A model generated the notes under the pieces. It saw nothing but the letters and a program-made list of their open reading frames with translations, was not told where the DNA came from and searched no databases. Below are positions 39,001 through 50,300 of a stretch of DNA of 64,000 nucleotides, piece by piece (position 1 is the first letter of the stretch; every line of letters begins with the position of its first letter). Source of the DNA: an uncultured Bacteroidales bacterium (GTDB taxonomy: Bacteria; Bacteroidota; Bacteroidia; Bacteroidales; UBA3824). Made by a program: the position numbers and the translations under genes. Location: assembly GCA_937877455.1 (NCBI GenBank), contig CALFIU010000100.1:18320-82319 (forward strand), in the 5' to 3' direction.

Positions 39001-40006
39001 GCCGGACGAGAAACTAAAGAAATTGCTTTCAAATACATTTTTAAGAAATACATATTTGGGTCAAGGATTCAGTTCCAAGGCTCAGAAGGACATGTACGAG
39101 TATTACAGCCAGAACTCATCGGGTACAGGGTATCAGCAGGAGTACCAGAACCTTCTTGACCAGCGGAAAGACTACATGGATATTCTTGAAAAGCAAGAGT
39201 CAAAGAAGAAAAAGTCGCAGTCCGACATCGAAGAGACGAAGGCAAAGATAGCCGAACTTGACGACCAGATACGCTATTTCACTCAAGACTTGGCAAAAGA
39301 ACTTTTTGACATCGACATAAAGGGTTGGGCAGATCAACTTTCAGATGCTCTTGCCTCTGCTTTTGAGAATGGCGAAAGTATGGCGAAAGCCTACAAGGAA
39401 ACCGTGACAAGCATCTTGCAGCAGGTAATGAACAAGATGATGCAGTTGTCCATTCTCGAACCGATGTTCCAGAGTTTGCAAGACAAGCTCTTTGGCAATG
39501 CCGAAAAGAATATCTCTGGAGTCTTCGACCCCAACGACCCGAAGGGCAGCATGAGTAAGGTGACAGCCATGATAACCGACTTCTTTGGCAAGGGCGGAGA
39601 AGGTGAGAAAACTATCACAGCCGCAACCGAGTTTATGACTGCTTTCCAGAGAGGTCTTGAAAACGCAGGACTTTCGGTTTTGAATGAGTCTGCCAACGCA
39701 CTGACAAGCAGCGTACAGGGAACGAGCGAGGAAACTTCAGACCTTCTTGCTGGGTATATCAATGCACTCCGGCAAGATGTGGCGGTGAACAGAATTTTGC
39801 TGACGCAGTTCGTCACACAACTTTGGCCAGAGTACGTTGAGTCCTTTGCCAATCATGTCAGGACAGTTGCCAATATAGACGTAAACGTTCAGTTGATGAT
39901 GGAAATGATGCGCGATGGTGGAGGTGCTTTCTTCGCAGAACTTTCGGCTATGCGGTCAAGGCTCGACAATGTTGTTGACGGCATTGAAAGTTTGTCTGTG
40001 AGGTAA
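33050..40006 (+). CDS. tail tape measure protein (2318 aa)
   Basis: Position after the chaperone pair, long helical low-complexity sequence, and a TMP-core-like segment (LQSPFGVVQLDQMTKQLTAYGF, GTDVSRLALALGHV). Confidence 0.85.
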   Translation: MALDPLKFQVAIQDDATGQLSKIEQEFEKLKDKTINVKVEGLQDLQNLLSALQHKQVETLGKDVAAGIHDAAKGLQEEAQKAVRASLGQLAQDLVAVKTAIQHDNFTAFSTRIEKCAQAVNTLDAAFKQFHVTIGSDAGMRNFMTGLGEVIRNVRTTMGQLNGFGQEKSTPESIYVRNVQKMQDALYRIQEARAKVGVAIKNGEDVGFNTNGMKIYLQLLDSYEKKLQAIKSNPLMMHENGWQREAFGTTFKHLLSNAGDFQRQVDGFVQKQNTLEANQRRFNVALEESEKLLKRLDGASTKGFSLGVDTSKTERALNDIQQFIDKLLMFDSKNLGNNHAVNELIAEYTRLKSSLSGVAREQEKLNATTEKSNQKAVDNATKQAKKDNEQWAESMRRAGVEATKLEIQIRKLQDAENRGKLAHVDTTNLSARIAELQSYVTILRSIESGSKLHGHTSDFINSVPVQNSIRLANEEASAVRQATAEKEKAARASQQLSAEEQRLAQALNQTTESAKGQSQVLSDLKSMATQYLGVWGGQQFLHNIIEIGGQLEMQRLSIGAILQNTAQANELFDKIKGLALQSPFGVVQLDQMTKQLTAYGFKYNELYDMTKRLADISAATGTDVSRLALALGHVRSEAALSGYTLRQFSMANVPLLQKLSEKLGKTTKEIREMVKKKEVGYDDVIGVLKDLTNEGGMFYNMQEVISESVKAKFKNVKDAMNIMYGEMAEGAPGEALKEVANVLMELTQNWKDVATVMGTVAALWGVNRAATLIYTKVLGTANATTLSSIAAFRAKEAEQLRSASLYRTLTSAEKSQIATSKLLTTQERIRMALHIPLTANQRLRIQQARQQHVMDLALALSEKKLTAEDIARQVALGKITNAEAAQIIALSDLTNAQKLAALEAVNNTRVLGFWGKAGYAAALGIRALGTALKSLIFNPAMLAMAGITAVMELWQRNKQELERAGEIADSIRERSNSAMQATKAVMQSSQMEFEDANGNKVSPSQLDFQSIANIKASLKVEFNKEDAQQQIDEWLDYIRQYSATPNETINNALFDGDKMREIEDQWKRVAAAMGEVVLAKYGLHDVGDMFENATNATNGGWFNDDVVENINDYEKAVKNYNKAFADMYREHGRGVDKIVKAVEKSDSAFATAVSGMNTYGEKFKFLIENMKDFSGAYSTARAAVQYDGDNKIYDFLYDSQYGNFSEKADKNWAKSNMDEDLEVFFTHIEAELNNKGQKIGQLTQAQQQDLLLGFTDFLSKTKVTTKETLDYLKQRFAERFQLQLDAKDEKFQVKVNEVLRILKELSESDWNVDINFASNVNDVIAEARKQYKAAKEFFENAEPVLVKFGIDMKMGDVLTEEQIQDALAKAPENARGFLEQVLRGANEASRLFNQATTASNNGGFSLEDKKKGNGSSTKSYKDEFAKRWDERIRIMKEAYSWYDKWEKKVGNDEAIAETNAKYADIFNEWRTDKLLPMDFDVNEIADYTKYVEKIRDDALKRYQAQKNDKGKNNGQASLRVYRQAVALLNDVKFDGFTRAAEEFKSIIDQTITDLNERWEMFNTVRSATGNVALASRVAGFGTSEEGARTSADAMRNELLSQLRSAGGEDLIGRIPLDIHLDEEGLRSKLESAIPQTDNAEKYKEKIDGLIKAYQEWQKLQRKVVKDDISVFANLIGAVVSYDAKIEKMKDELQQKKDSTNALLSAGTITQEDADRANQIAQAQFDWESMKMSADYANIYNHAVAMSREEFNKAADAIENMLEELRRLELISPDDFVSEKGKLDKARNEWSTTGFLGERGAVGQFISGGYDGLMNYYAQRRDAALQKEKNAKPGSDEQKKYQEEADHYGKLFQKMSKLSDSAKNLITAFNTLQSGLDLVSNMFDSLGMEGAANAAGDAAGVLGGAMQGASALSALGPWGMAAGAGLGLISGLAQVLDKALERQIEKLREDVQKIEANTKLIQQARERTLGFDQGDLRRSYAQDYAPDEKLKKLLSNTFLRNTYLGQGFSSKAQKDMYEYYSQNSSGTGYQQEYQNLLDQRKDYMDILEKQESKKKKSQSDIEETKAKIAELDDQIRYFTQDLAKELFDIDIKGWADQLSDALASAFENGESMAKAYKETVTSILQQVMNKMMQLSILEPMFQSLQDKLFGNAEKNISGVFDPNDPKGSMSKVTAMITDFFGKGGEGEKTITAATEFMTAFQRGLENAGLSVLNESANALTSSVQGTSEETSDLLAGYINALRQDVAVNRILLTQFVTQLWPEYVESFANHVRTVANIDVNVQLMMEMMRDGGGAFFAELSAMRSRLDNVVDGIESLSVR

Positions 40007-40048
40007 TGCGGTTGCAATAGTATTGCAACATACAGGACTCAAGGATGC

Positions 40049-40085
40049 AAAAAGGCGGTTATCCATCACGGACTACCGCCTTTTT
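40049..40085. terminator. bidirectional intrinsic terminator between the tape measure gene (+) and gene 40163-40672 (-)
   Basis: AAAAAGGCGGT ... ACCGCCTTTTT, with an A run upstream and a T run downstream. Confidence 0.7.
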
Positions 40086-40162
40086 GCGTGATAAACAAAA
40101 ACTGCTTACCTAAACAATTAAAAAATGAGTGTGTAGTGTTTTCTTTTGTGTTTGTGTTGTGG

Positions 40163-40672
40163 TTATTTCAAGTAGTTATATTCCTCGCGGACTTTGATGT
40201 TTGACGGCGCAGCGATATGTACGTTTGTTGAATGTTTTACGAGAACGACCTTTGCATTGTCATATTGTTCTGCCGTGACGCTTGCATTTTCGTAGAGGTG
40301 TACGATAACAAAACTTGAGTTTCGTGCTATCACCTTTGCAGAAGAGTTGTCGCGGATATGGATATTGCCGTAACTATGACCGTTGTAGCGAAATGTTACG
40401 TCTGAAGTACCGAGTACCAGACTTTCCTTCGGATTGACAACGCTGTATTTGTCATTGACGAAGACATTGCTCTTTCGCCGAAAGTCAAGGTCGAAATGTT
40501 TTAAGATGAAGTCATTTGACGGATAGTGGTACTGAAGGCAGAAATCCAAACCCTTATACATTCGCTCCACCATCTTTTCGCGGCTCCAGTCTTTGCCCCA
40601 AAGTTTCTGCCAATCTCCGCACAATCCGAGTGCTACTGCTTGGTCTTTTAGGTCTTTATTTAATGTGTTCAT
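40163..40672 (-). CDS. hypothetical protein; an antisense-oriented moron inside the tail operon
   Basis: ORF track, 169 aa. Own TAATTTTG box at 40689-40696 (minus strand) 17 nt upstream of the ATG, and its own terminator. Confidence 0.65.
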   Translation of the reverse strand: MNTLNKDLKDQAVALGLCGDWQKLWGKDWSREKMVERMYKGLDFCLQYHYPSNDFILKHFDLDFRRKSNVFVNDKYSVVNPKESLVLGTSDVTFRYNGHSYGNIHIRDNSSAKVIARNSSFVIVHLYENASVTAEQYDNAKVVLVKHSTNVHIAAPSNIKVREEYNYLK

Positions 40673-40688
40673 ACCGAAAACTTTTGTG

Positions 40689-40696
40689 CAAAATTA
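40689..40696 (-). promoter_or_regulatory. TAnnTTTG -7 box for the antisense moron
   Basis: The minus strand reads TAATTTTG. Confidence 0.4.
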
Positions 40697-40794
40697 CATT
40701 GCTTTTATCTGAATATCTAAACTTTTGCGGTCAAATTTCAGATAACGTTATTGGATTTCCAACAGAAGGTCAAGTGATTGCCTGTTTTGTGGGG

Positions 40795-40802
40795 TATCTT
40801 TG
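40795..40802 (+). promoter_or_regulatory. TAnnTTTG -7 box that would restart the tail operon
   Basis: TATCTTTG lies 17 nt upstream of the ATG at 40819. Confidence 0.4.
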
Positions 40803-40818
40803 CAAAAAATCTTTACAA

Positions 40819-41373
40819 ATGGTCACATACAACACATACGTTCAACAGATAAGTTTCGACGGCACGACCTACACAAAAGGTAGCGTTGTTGACATGCTTT
40901 CCAAGTTCAAAATAGTCAGTCAGGAGTTTCCTTTTAGGAAGAATCCGAAACCCAAAGATTTGCCTACGCGAGATTGGGCTGGTGAAGACGGTCTTGATGT
41001 CTATATCCCCGGCCAACTTCCTGTCAAGCACTATGACATGGAAGTTTCTTTCCTTTATGTAGGCACGGAGGCAAACATTCGTACCGACCTCAACAACTTC
41101 ATTGATTTCCTCTATGGCAGGGTGAAGGGCAATAACTCTGACACCGTACAGAGCGGTCGCCTTGCAATCTATAATGAACTTACGGGCATTGGACGCAAGG
41201 ACATTGTTGTTGCAGAGGTGGAAAATGAAATCTTCTACCTCACAGACAGCGACACCGATGCCGTAGCGAAATTCAAAATCAAGTTCACGGTGTATGATCC
41301 TACAACAGAGGTAACTCCCACCTACGGAACATACGACGGTCAACAACGTTGCACAGCACTAAACTTTGAATAA
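40819..41373 (+). CDS. distal tail protein (Dit-like)
   Basis: Track ORF 40516-41373 trimmed to MVTYNTYVQQISFDG. The longer form would overlap the antisense gene. Position between TMP and Tal. Confidence 0.55.
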   Translation: MVTYNTYVQQISFDGTTYTKGSVVDMLSKFKIVSQEFPFRKNPKPKDLPTRDWAGEDGLDVYIPGQLPVKHYDMEVSFLYVGTEANIRTDLNNFIDFLYGRVKGNNSDTVQSGRLAIYNELTGIGRKDIVVAEVENEIFYLTDSDTDAVAKFKIKFTVYDPTTEVTPTYGTYDGQQRCTALNFE

Positions 41374-41375
41374 CT

Positions 41376-44300
41376 ATGGAAAGGGTAGAGTTAAATATAT
41401 ATTATCGTGATGGCAACGAAACGAAATTGCGTTGCACTGTGAACAAATGGAAATTCCAGGACACGATGATGGGCGAACAGTTCATCACGCTCAATATCAC
41501 GTCCGAGGTTCCCATTGACTTTGCCGTAGGTGATTTCTGCACCTTCAGAGGTGAGACCTTTACGTTGAATTATGTGCCGAGTGTCACACAGAAAGCACGG
41601 ACGAATGAGAGGCAGGACTCTTACACCTACGAGAATGTGAAGTTTGAGTCATTCCAAGAAGAGTTGACGCGATGCCTTATGCTCGACATCACTCCGACAA
41701 CAGGCGACTATGTTGCGGCATTGGGTACGAACTACACTGGCAGTAGCAAGTTTCAGTTGTTCTGTGGTGAGACATCAGCCAACGGCAGTACGCTTACGGC
41801 AGTGTGCGCATTGGCAGCAAAGATGCAAGCCAACCTCGACCGTATGTTTCCGACGAATGGCTGGAAGATATTTGTTGACACAACATCCACCTACCTCAAC
41901 AGTGCTGGCAATGCCGTACTTGTGACGCATACGGAAGACAAAGTATTGACGTTTGACAATACTACCGTTGCTCAGGCTCTCACAGAGGTTCATAACACCT
42001 TTGACCTCGACTATTGCATCAGGGGGCGCAGTATCTACATCGGCTACAACTTAAAGAACCTGACGAGCGACAACGACAATGAGACCTTTGCCTTCGGTTA
42101 CGGCAAGGGCTATCCTACCCGTGATAGCCAGAACAAGGCATTGTTCCAGATCAAGCGCATTGCCAACTCACAGCAAAAGGTCGTTACCCGTCTGCGTGCT
42201 TTGGGTTCTACCAAGAACATGCCATATCGGTACTATAACAGCAAGTATAATCTTTCGCAGTCGCTATTCCCAACCAACCTGCAACTTCCAGACACCTTTG
42301 CATCGCCCGCGACGAAGGCCGCAAACAATGCTTTGCGTGACAATACTCTACGAGCCGTCAAGGGCGATACCAACGACGCATACATTGACAAGAACGACGA
42401 TGCCGAACATTGCGCTGAAGGCATAAGGGAAGACAGCGCACGATGGGATGGCACGAATAGCGATTTGCCAGAAATCTATCCCACCATCGAAGAAGCCACC
42501 TACGGCGAGTTGCGTAGTGCATTGGTTCAAGACCAAGACGGGAACACTGGTCAAAGCTCGTTCCCGAACTATGGCAGTTCCGAGCGCATTGACAAGATGC
42601 TTGCTATTGGCTATAAGGATGGCAATACTTTGGTTGACGATGCCAACAAAGGTGACGGCATACTGCCAGAGAGCGGCATTTCTTCAAGGGGCATACCAAG
42701 AAGTGCAGACATCGGACTGACAAGCCTCAGTTACAACACCCGTAATTACGGTGATTTCAGTAGTCGTGGCGGTGTGTATGCCGGACCCGAAAAGACGCTG
42801 TTCACCATACAAGGTGTTTCTGCTGGAAAGTATGCGATGGCTCCAACCATCGGTGCAGTGCTGTATGGTTTCAGCATATCGTGTTATCGTGACGGTGTGA
42901 GTGCAGACGTAGGCTATATCATCACCATCAAGCAGAAGAATTTGCAGACAGGGGCAACGACGACAATTGCCACCTACACCTCCGACTACCAAAGTATCTC
43001 GCGTGGCGATGGCATCTTGGAAATGGAACTGCCAGAAATTCCAGATGTCAAGAACGGTGCAAACGCTAAAGTTTCAGAAGTAAGAGTTACGGCATTGTCA
43101 GACATCACCGTAACTTTCACGCCTGTCATGCGTAATATCAACGTTCCAAGCGGTTTCACGGATAATTTCTCGCTTTCTTACAAAGTTGGAAACTCCCGTC
43201 TTGATCATACCGTTACCTACGACCCAGAGTATAACTGGATTCCGTTGGACGATACAGACAGCGTGTCAGAAACATTCCATGTCTTCATTCAGGACATGGG
43301 ATTTGACCTTCAAGCCTGTTGGACTGGCGAGACTCCTGTTGTCGCCATGAAGAGCGGACGCTGTGTAGGCAGAGAGTTTGAGATTGGCGAGAACATTGAG
43401 AAAGTCACTCACAACGGGAAGAAAGGCTACATGCTCACGTTGAAAAGAGCAACCGACAATACTCTCAACACATATTATCCGAGTGCCACCGACCCGATTG
43501 CGGCAGGAGATTACTTTGTCCTTTTGAACATCAGTATGCCCGATGTCTATGTGAAGATGGCAGAGGTCAGACTTCTACGAGCCGCCACCGAGTATCTGGC
43601 AGACAATTGTGAAACTCAGTTCACCTACCAGCCGAGTATCGACGATATATATTTGCAGCGCAACTATGACAACATGGTTAAGGCTGGAACGCCACAAAGC
43701 AGCATCTTCTGGCGTTTATACGCAGGACTGAAGTTTACGTTCAGAGGTATTCCGGCGAGCGAAGACAGCCCAGCACCTTTGGCAGACATCACCATTGAGC
43801 AGGTGACGATCAGCATGGGTGAAGGTCTGACACCGAAAGTTGAGTTGAAACTAAACGACGATGTGCAGCAGAGTACCATCCAGAAACTCACGACGAGCGT
43901 TGACAGGATTTACAACGGAAGCATCTTCAGCAGCGGTAGCGGCAGTGGTGCAAGTGGTGGTGCAATGTCAGCAGCACTGTTAAGCATCTTGCAGAGCGAG
44001 GGAGAAAAACTTTTCCTCTCGAAGAAACATGACGATGTAGCAGAGGGAAAGATAACATTCAATGATGTCGTTACCCACAACGAAACTTTGAAAGCAAAGA
44101 AAGGTCTGAAAGTCGGAAACTTCAACTCCAGACTATTAGGTAGCGGTGCTTTGATTGACGAAGAAGGAAACGCAGAGTTTGAGAGCATTTACAGCCGCAA
44201 CTTCATTTCCACTCCAGAGTTTCGCTTCAATAGGATTGCAGTTACCGATGGTGAACAATGGTGTACCAATGGCTATGGAACCATCAAAGAAGTTGAGATT

Positions 44301-47300
44301 ATTGACGAAACCACTGGCTACATCACTCTGAAACTTGAAGAAAACGACTATGCAAGTATTGCTGAAGGTGATATTTGCCGAGGTATCTACAATGACATCG
44401 CCCATGAATACGAGACAGCAAGTCTTGACGATGATACAAGTCTCTATGCAGGTGAGAACGAAAGCAATATAGAGGGATTTGGTTTCAGTTCAAAAGAAGG
44501 TTTCTTTACGTCGTACTTCTGGGTTCGCCAGATGATTACCAACCAAAAGGGCGAGTGCAAGTTCCTCTATGAGTTGCGCAACACCAACACGCCTCATCCG
44601 TGCGAGTTTATGAAGTTTGCGCAATACGGCTCTTTCACAAACTCCGAGCGCAGAAGTTCATCGTATGCTACGAGCATCGGACACTATTATGAAATGGTGC
44701 TGGACGGTGTTTCGACATGGAAGATAAAGTCTGCCAATGTCGTTTACCGCAAGGGCTATCTTGGCAACATGACCGTCACTTTGAGGAACGGACATGAAGC
44801 AGAGTTGCAAGGCTATGGTTTATATGTTCAGGACAATGTATATTTCGGCAATGCCGTCGTACAGCTTGACCCCGAAACCATTGCCGACCTACAGGATGCG
44901 CTCAACTCATATACCGTAGATTTCTCTGGCTATGTCGATGTTATCACGGTGGATGATGTCGGCAATGTGATTGGCGGTCTCTATGCCATCAGTGGGGAAT
45001 CCCCTAACGAATACCGCAGTTACCGCATACATTCTGCAATCACTGTAAGAAAGAGCGGTGAACTGTTGACCATTGCCGCAGACAATGCCGATGCAGGAAA
45101 TGGCACATATAAAATCTATGCACAGGCTCATGGTTGCAGTTTCGTTATCGAAAACTCCACCATCTACATCACAGGCATTGACAATATAAAGGATGGCGTG
45201 GCTGGTAGTGCCGACGATGCCAACTTCGACTTCGCTGCTATGCGGGCCATGGATAGTTGCAGCGTTGACATTATCATTGACTGCGAGGGTAAGGGAAGTA
45301 TCATCAAGAACTTCCCGATCACCATCAAGCATGATGCACAGCCATTCGTAGGCGCAGACATCAGCAATGAGTTTAGTTCCGTGTCCTGGAACACGAAGAC
45401 CCAGCAGTATATTGGACTGCCAATCGTATTCGACATGAAGATGTGGCACAACAACGAGCCGTTGGATATAGCAAGCGTAAACGATATTTCTGTTGCTCCA
45501 TCCATAACAGGAATGACCGTCAACAAGAGTATTGTTACGAATGCCAATGGTACAAAAGTTGCGAGAATCAGCATCACATCACTACCGTCAGACCTTTCTC
45601 TTGTTACGGATCTTAATGTGACGTGTGTCGCAACCTATTCTGGTGTTCAGTATGAGCGGACATTGGTACATACCATCAACAAAACGACAGATACGAATGT
45701 GTATCAGTTGCTACCTTCGGTCAGTGAGGTTGGCGTTGTGTATAACGACAACAAGCAGAAGGTAGTGAACACCAACAAGGTCTATTGCACCGTTCGCTGT
45801 GACTCCACCGACGATAAGCACTACACAGTTGCTACATCGGACTATCCGACACACGGGCTTTTCATAACGAGCCAGACCTTTACACTCAATGCAAGTAACG
45901 TAGAGGTCGGTGGCACAGAGACCGCATATAGTTCTTTGAATGGCGTGACGGTCAGCAACGACCTTACCCGTATTAGGTTCAAACTCTACAAATTGAGAGA
46001 CACCACATTGGCAACACTTGAGGCGTTGCTTGCTGCAAGTAATGTCATTGAGGTTCTTGATACAGAAGACGTGCCTGTTATCTTGGATGGATTGGATGGC
46101 GACAACAGCATCTTTGTCAGTCTTGACAATCAGAATGATGCCGTGATGTGTATTGAAGACGGAACCGTTATCGCCAGCACTTTGCCGACCGCAAAGGCAA
46201 GGCTCATGGACGGCGAAGACACCGTAGGCAGGAGCGTATTGGGTACGACCTTGGCCGCAAACAAACAGACACTTGGTAATTGGTCGTTGGTTTGTCACGG
46301 CTGTACGGCAGAATTTGTTGGATGGGTTGCGGATTCAGACTCAAACGATTGGGTTCAGATACGGGTGACAGGCGTTACAGACGATGTGGCGAGTGTTGAC
46401 GTAAACTGCGAGTACACCAAGCATGGAGTGGCAGGCAACTACGTGAGCATATTGAGCGTGAAGAAAATTTACGGTTTGGATAAGTATGAACTTACATTCA
46501 ATCCACCAATTGTTTCTTACAATCCCAACACCGATACCTATACCCCAGAATCATTCATGGTGTATGTGTGGAAGACCACCCAAGATGAAGACCGCCACCT
46601 TATGACCTCACTGCCCGGGAATACCGCAAATGCGGTTAGTGAGACAGACGGATCTATACGTCTTCAGTATTCCGTAAACAAAGGTGTCTCGTGGACTACG
46701 CTGTATGGCTACGCAAGTGGTAAGAGTATAGGAAAGACATTGTTTGACATTGACGGCGTTGAGTCTGTTGATTTCCGCATTCAGAAGTACGTTGCAGGAG
46801 AGAGCGGTGGCGAGTGGGTATTGCTCGACGAGGAGGGAGTGGAGATTGTCGGTGATGGTGAGAATACCGTGCAACTGACTATTGACAATGGCAATGACAC
46901 CGTAATGTGCATAGAGGACGGAACGGTGATAGCCAGCACTCTCCCAATCGCCCAAGTCTATCTGTACGATGGCAATGACTTAATGAACAGCGACCTTGCT
47001 GCGTCTGCATGGCAGGCATTGGAATGTGTCGGCTGTACGGCAGAATGGGTCAGCGGCTATCAGTCAGATGGTGGCAAGCGATTCCGTGTCACAGCAGTAA
47101 CAGCCGATGTTGCAAAGGTAACGGCGAAAGTCAGTTACAAGGGCAATCTCTATTCCGTTGTTCACAACATCAAGAAGTTGTACGGTCTTGACAAGTACGA
47201 GATTATTACAGACCCCGTTTCGATTGCCTACAATCCGAACACAGGCACACACACACCGAGTTCGTTCAATGTCTATGTCTATCTGACAACACAGGAAGAA

Positions 47301-50300
47301 GACAGGCATTTGATGGCTACATTACCTTCACACCAATCAGCAACCGATGGTGATGTCAGACTTCAATACTCAACAGACAATGGCAGCAATTGGAATACCC
47401 TCACAGGTTACTCCAGTGGCAAGACTATCAGCAGTTCAAGTTACAACTCTGTTGTTAGCGGTGCTGTTTTGCTCCGCATTCAGAAGTACGTTGCAGGAGA
47501 GAGCGGTGGCGAGTGGGTATTGCTCGACGAGGAGGGAGTGGAGATTACCCGTAACGGTCAGGACGGCAAAGGTGTTGAATACATCTTTATCACGAAGAAT
47601 GATTGGGATGGAACTGATGCAAACAAACCGACCATTAACGATGTGGCAAGCGAACGTCAGGTAGATAACTATTGCCCTTACACCGACGCACAACACACCG
47701 ACCAATGGACGGATGAGCCAACAGGAATAGGTATCAACCAGAAGTATGAGTTTTATGCACAGCGAAAGAAAGTCAACGGTGTCTGGCAAGCCTTCGGTGA
47801 CGTGAAACTTTGGGATAGGTATGCCTTGGATGGTGTAACCCCTTACCTCATTGACCTTTCCAATGAGCAAAGTTTCATAAATTGCGACGAAGACGGAAGT
47901 GTTTTGTCTGGAGCGACGTATGAGACGAGCAATTTGATGATATTCAAAGGCAATAGTTACGCCTTTACTGACTTCAACATACAGATTACGCCTACCAATA
48001 TCAAGTGCAACGGCAATAGTTCCGCTTTCGCACTTACAGAAAATCAGAAGACAACGGCGCAAAGTGATGGTTATTTTACTTTGACACCGAGCAATATCAG
48101 CGCAAACTCTGCCACGATTACCGTTCGTGCCATATTGAAGACCAATTCAAATATTGTCTTGGTTGCGGTGTATAAGGTGAACAAGAACATTGCAGGGCAG
48201 AATAGCGTTATCTATTCCCTGATACCAAGTCTGAATGTCATTCACAAGGACAATACAGGAACATTCCTCGACACATCTTTGGCTATTCAAGTGAAGAAAA
48301 CCGTTGGCACAACAACTTCAATCTTGAGTACCTATAAGGCAATAGCCGATGAAGGGCTGACTATTGACTACCAGAATTACGTTGGAACAACCGATGTCGT
48401 AACAAGCGGTGCTACCAGCACAAGTGCTGTCTCTGTGCTTGCATCAAACTTTGTCGGCGGAACTAATGGCAATTACGGCTTGCTGCGATTGAAAAACTCT
48501 GGAGGCACTATTGTTGACACGGAAAGAATCAATGTCGTTCTGGATGGTGATGATGGTGTGACATACGAAATCAGAACCACAGTTGACAGCGTGACCATTC
48601 CAGAAGATGCAACGACAGCGGTTCTTGCAACTATTGGAACTTTCTACAGAAAGATAGGTGGTAATGACCCGGCACTCTATTCGTGCTACGGAACTGTATT
48701 CCGCAGATACGGAACAAATTATGTGCGCATCGGTGCTTCGACGGCAAAAGGCACGCAGTATCAAATATATAGTCAAACTGTAAGTTCAGATTCCTCAAAT
48801 GCGAATTATGCCGATGCTATTGTATTCTTTATGACAGAAGAGGCATTGGGCGGTTCTGCATACGCAAACGCAGCACCTACATCTTACCTCGCAAAGAAAG
48901 AAATCTTGGTGAAGAAGTACGGCGATACAGGTCCCGAAGGCGACGATGCGATCAATTACTATCTTACAAGTAGCATCAACAGCATTATCCGAGACCAATA
49001 CGGGAACTATGCTGGAACGGCGAGACCTGTTATAACAGCATGGAAGAAAGTTGGTGACAATGCAGCAGTGCGTTTGAATGACATCACAACACCTTCTGTT
49101 GCAGAAGGCTTTACCATCAATGCCTACGAAATGGATGGTTCTACGGTAGCATACACCAATACAAGCACTACTGGTTTATTGACTTGCGCAGAGCCATATT
49201 CATACGTTGACAGGTTTGAGGTTGAGTTGGTGAAAGGCGGCAAGACATACGCTACAATGTCAATCCCTATTATCACGGAACGGCAGGGAGAAGCTGGTTC
49301 GGATGGTGTCTTCCCCCGTGATTGCGGTATGTTTGATGCGGGTATTGCCACGAACCAGACATACGGCTATGCAGGTTACATCTACAGGAAGGTAGGTGAT
49401 GTAGTGATTCGCGACATGGTGCGCTATGAGATAGGCGGTGTGATGTATGGCTTTATGGTGAAGACCAAATCGCAGAGTGATTTGATTACAGCTGCTCCGA
49501 CATCTGTAAGTGGTGATAGTAATTGGGAGTGTACGGGTATTGTCAGGACAATTATTGCCAACACTATCTTTGGAACCAATGCGAACATCGGTGGTTTCAT
49601 GGCATCTAACCAACGCCTTGTTTCCTCAAATGTCGCTTATCGAGTAGTTTATAAAGGTAGTTACAGTTCATCGACTGAATACGGAGAAGTGGTTTCATCC
49701 AACATCTATCAACGTCAGATGGTGCTTGATAACGGCGAATATTGGGTTGTGCGCGGCGGTGTAACATCATTCGTTAATCAGTCTCCATCTGAAAGCAGTG
49801 CTTATTGGAGAAAAGCTACAACCAAAGAAAATGCTGTTGAAAAGACACTGAATAGTTATGTCGATATATTGTCGTTCAGTATCGACGGAATCCTAAATGA
49901 GATTGAAATGATTGCAAACGATGACTCCACTTGGATTGTTGACAAGAATGGTGTTCAGACACTTGGATTCATCGACGGCAAACGTGTCGTGTTTGACCCT
50001 GTTTCCAAAGAGATAAACATTTACAACGACTTAGGTGTTTTGGCAACTACTTTGACAGGAGACACTTACGATGATTTAGGTGCGATTTTCGGAAACAGCA
50101 CTGGAAACTTATCACTCAACAGTTATAAGTCTGGAAGCGCACAAGTATCGAATGGCGGCTCACGAGCAATCGACAATCAAGAATACGCAACGCTGACAAT
50201 GAGTACATTTTCCACCGCGTCAGCATGTCGTCTTACATTCAATGGTACATTGTCAGCAACTGGCTCCAGAACGCAAAAGAGTATTAGCGGTAACAGTGAT

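Noticed and set aside
40516-40818. N-terminal 101 codons of track ORF 40516-41373
   Set aside because: This segment would overlap the minus-strand gene 40163-40672 and its promoter. A TAnnTTTG box and an ATG at 40819 give a Dit-sized protein.
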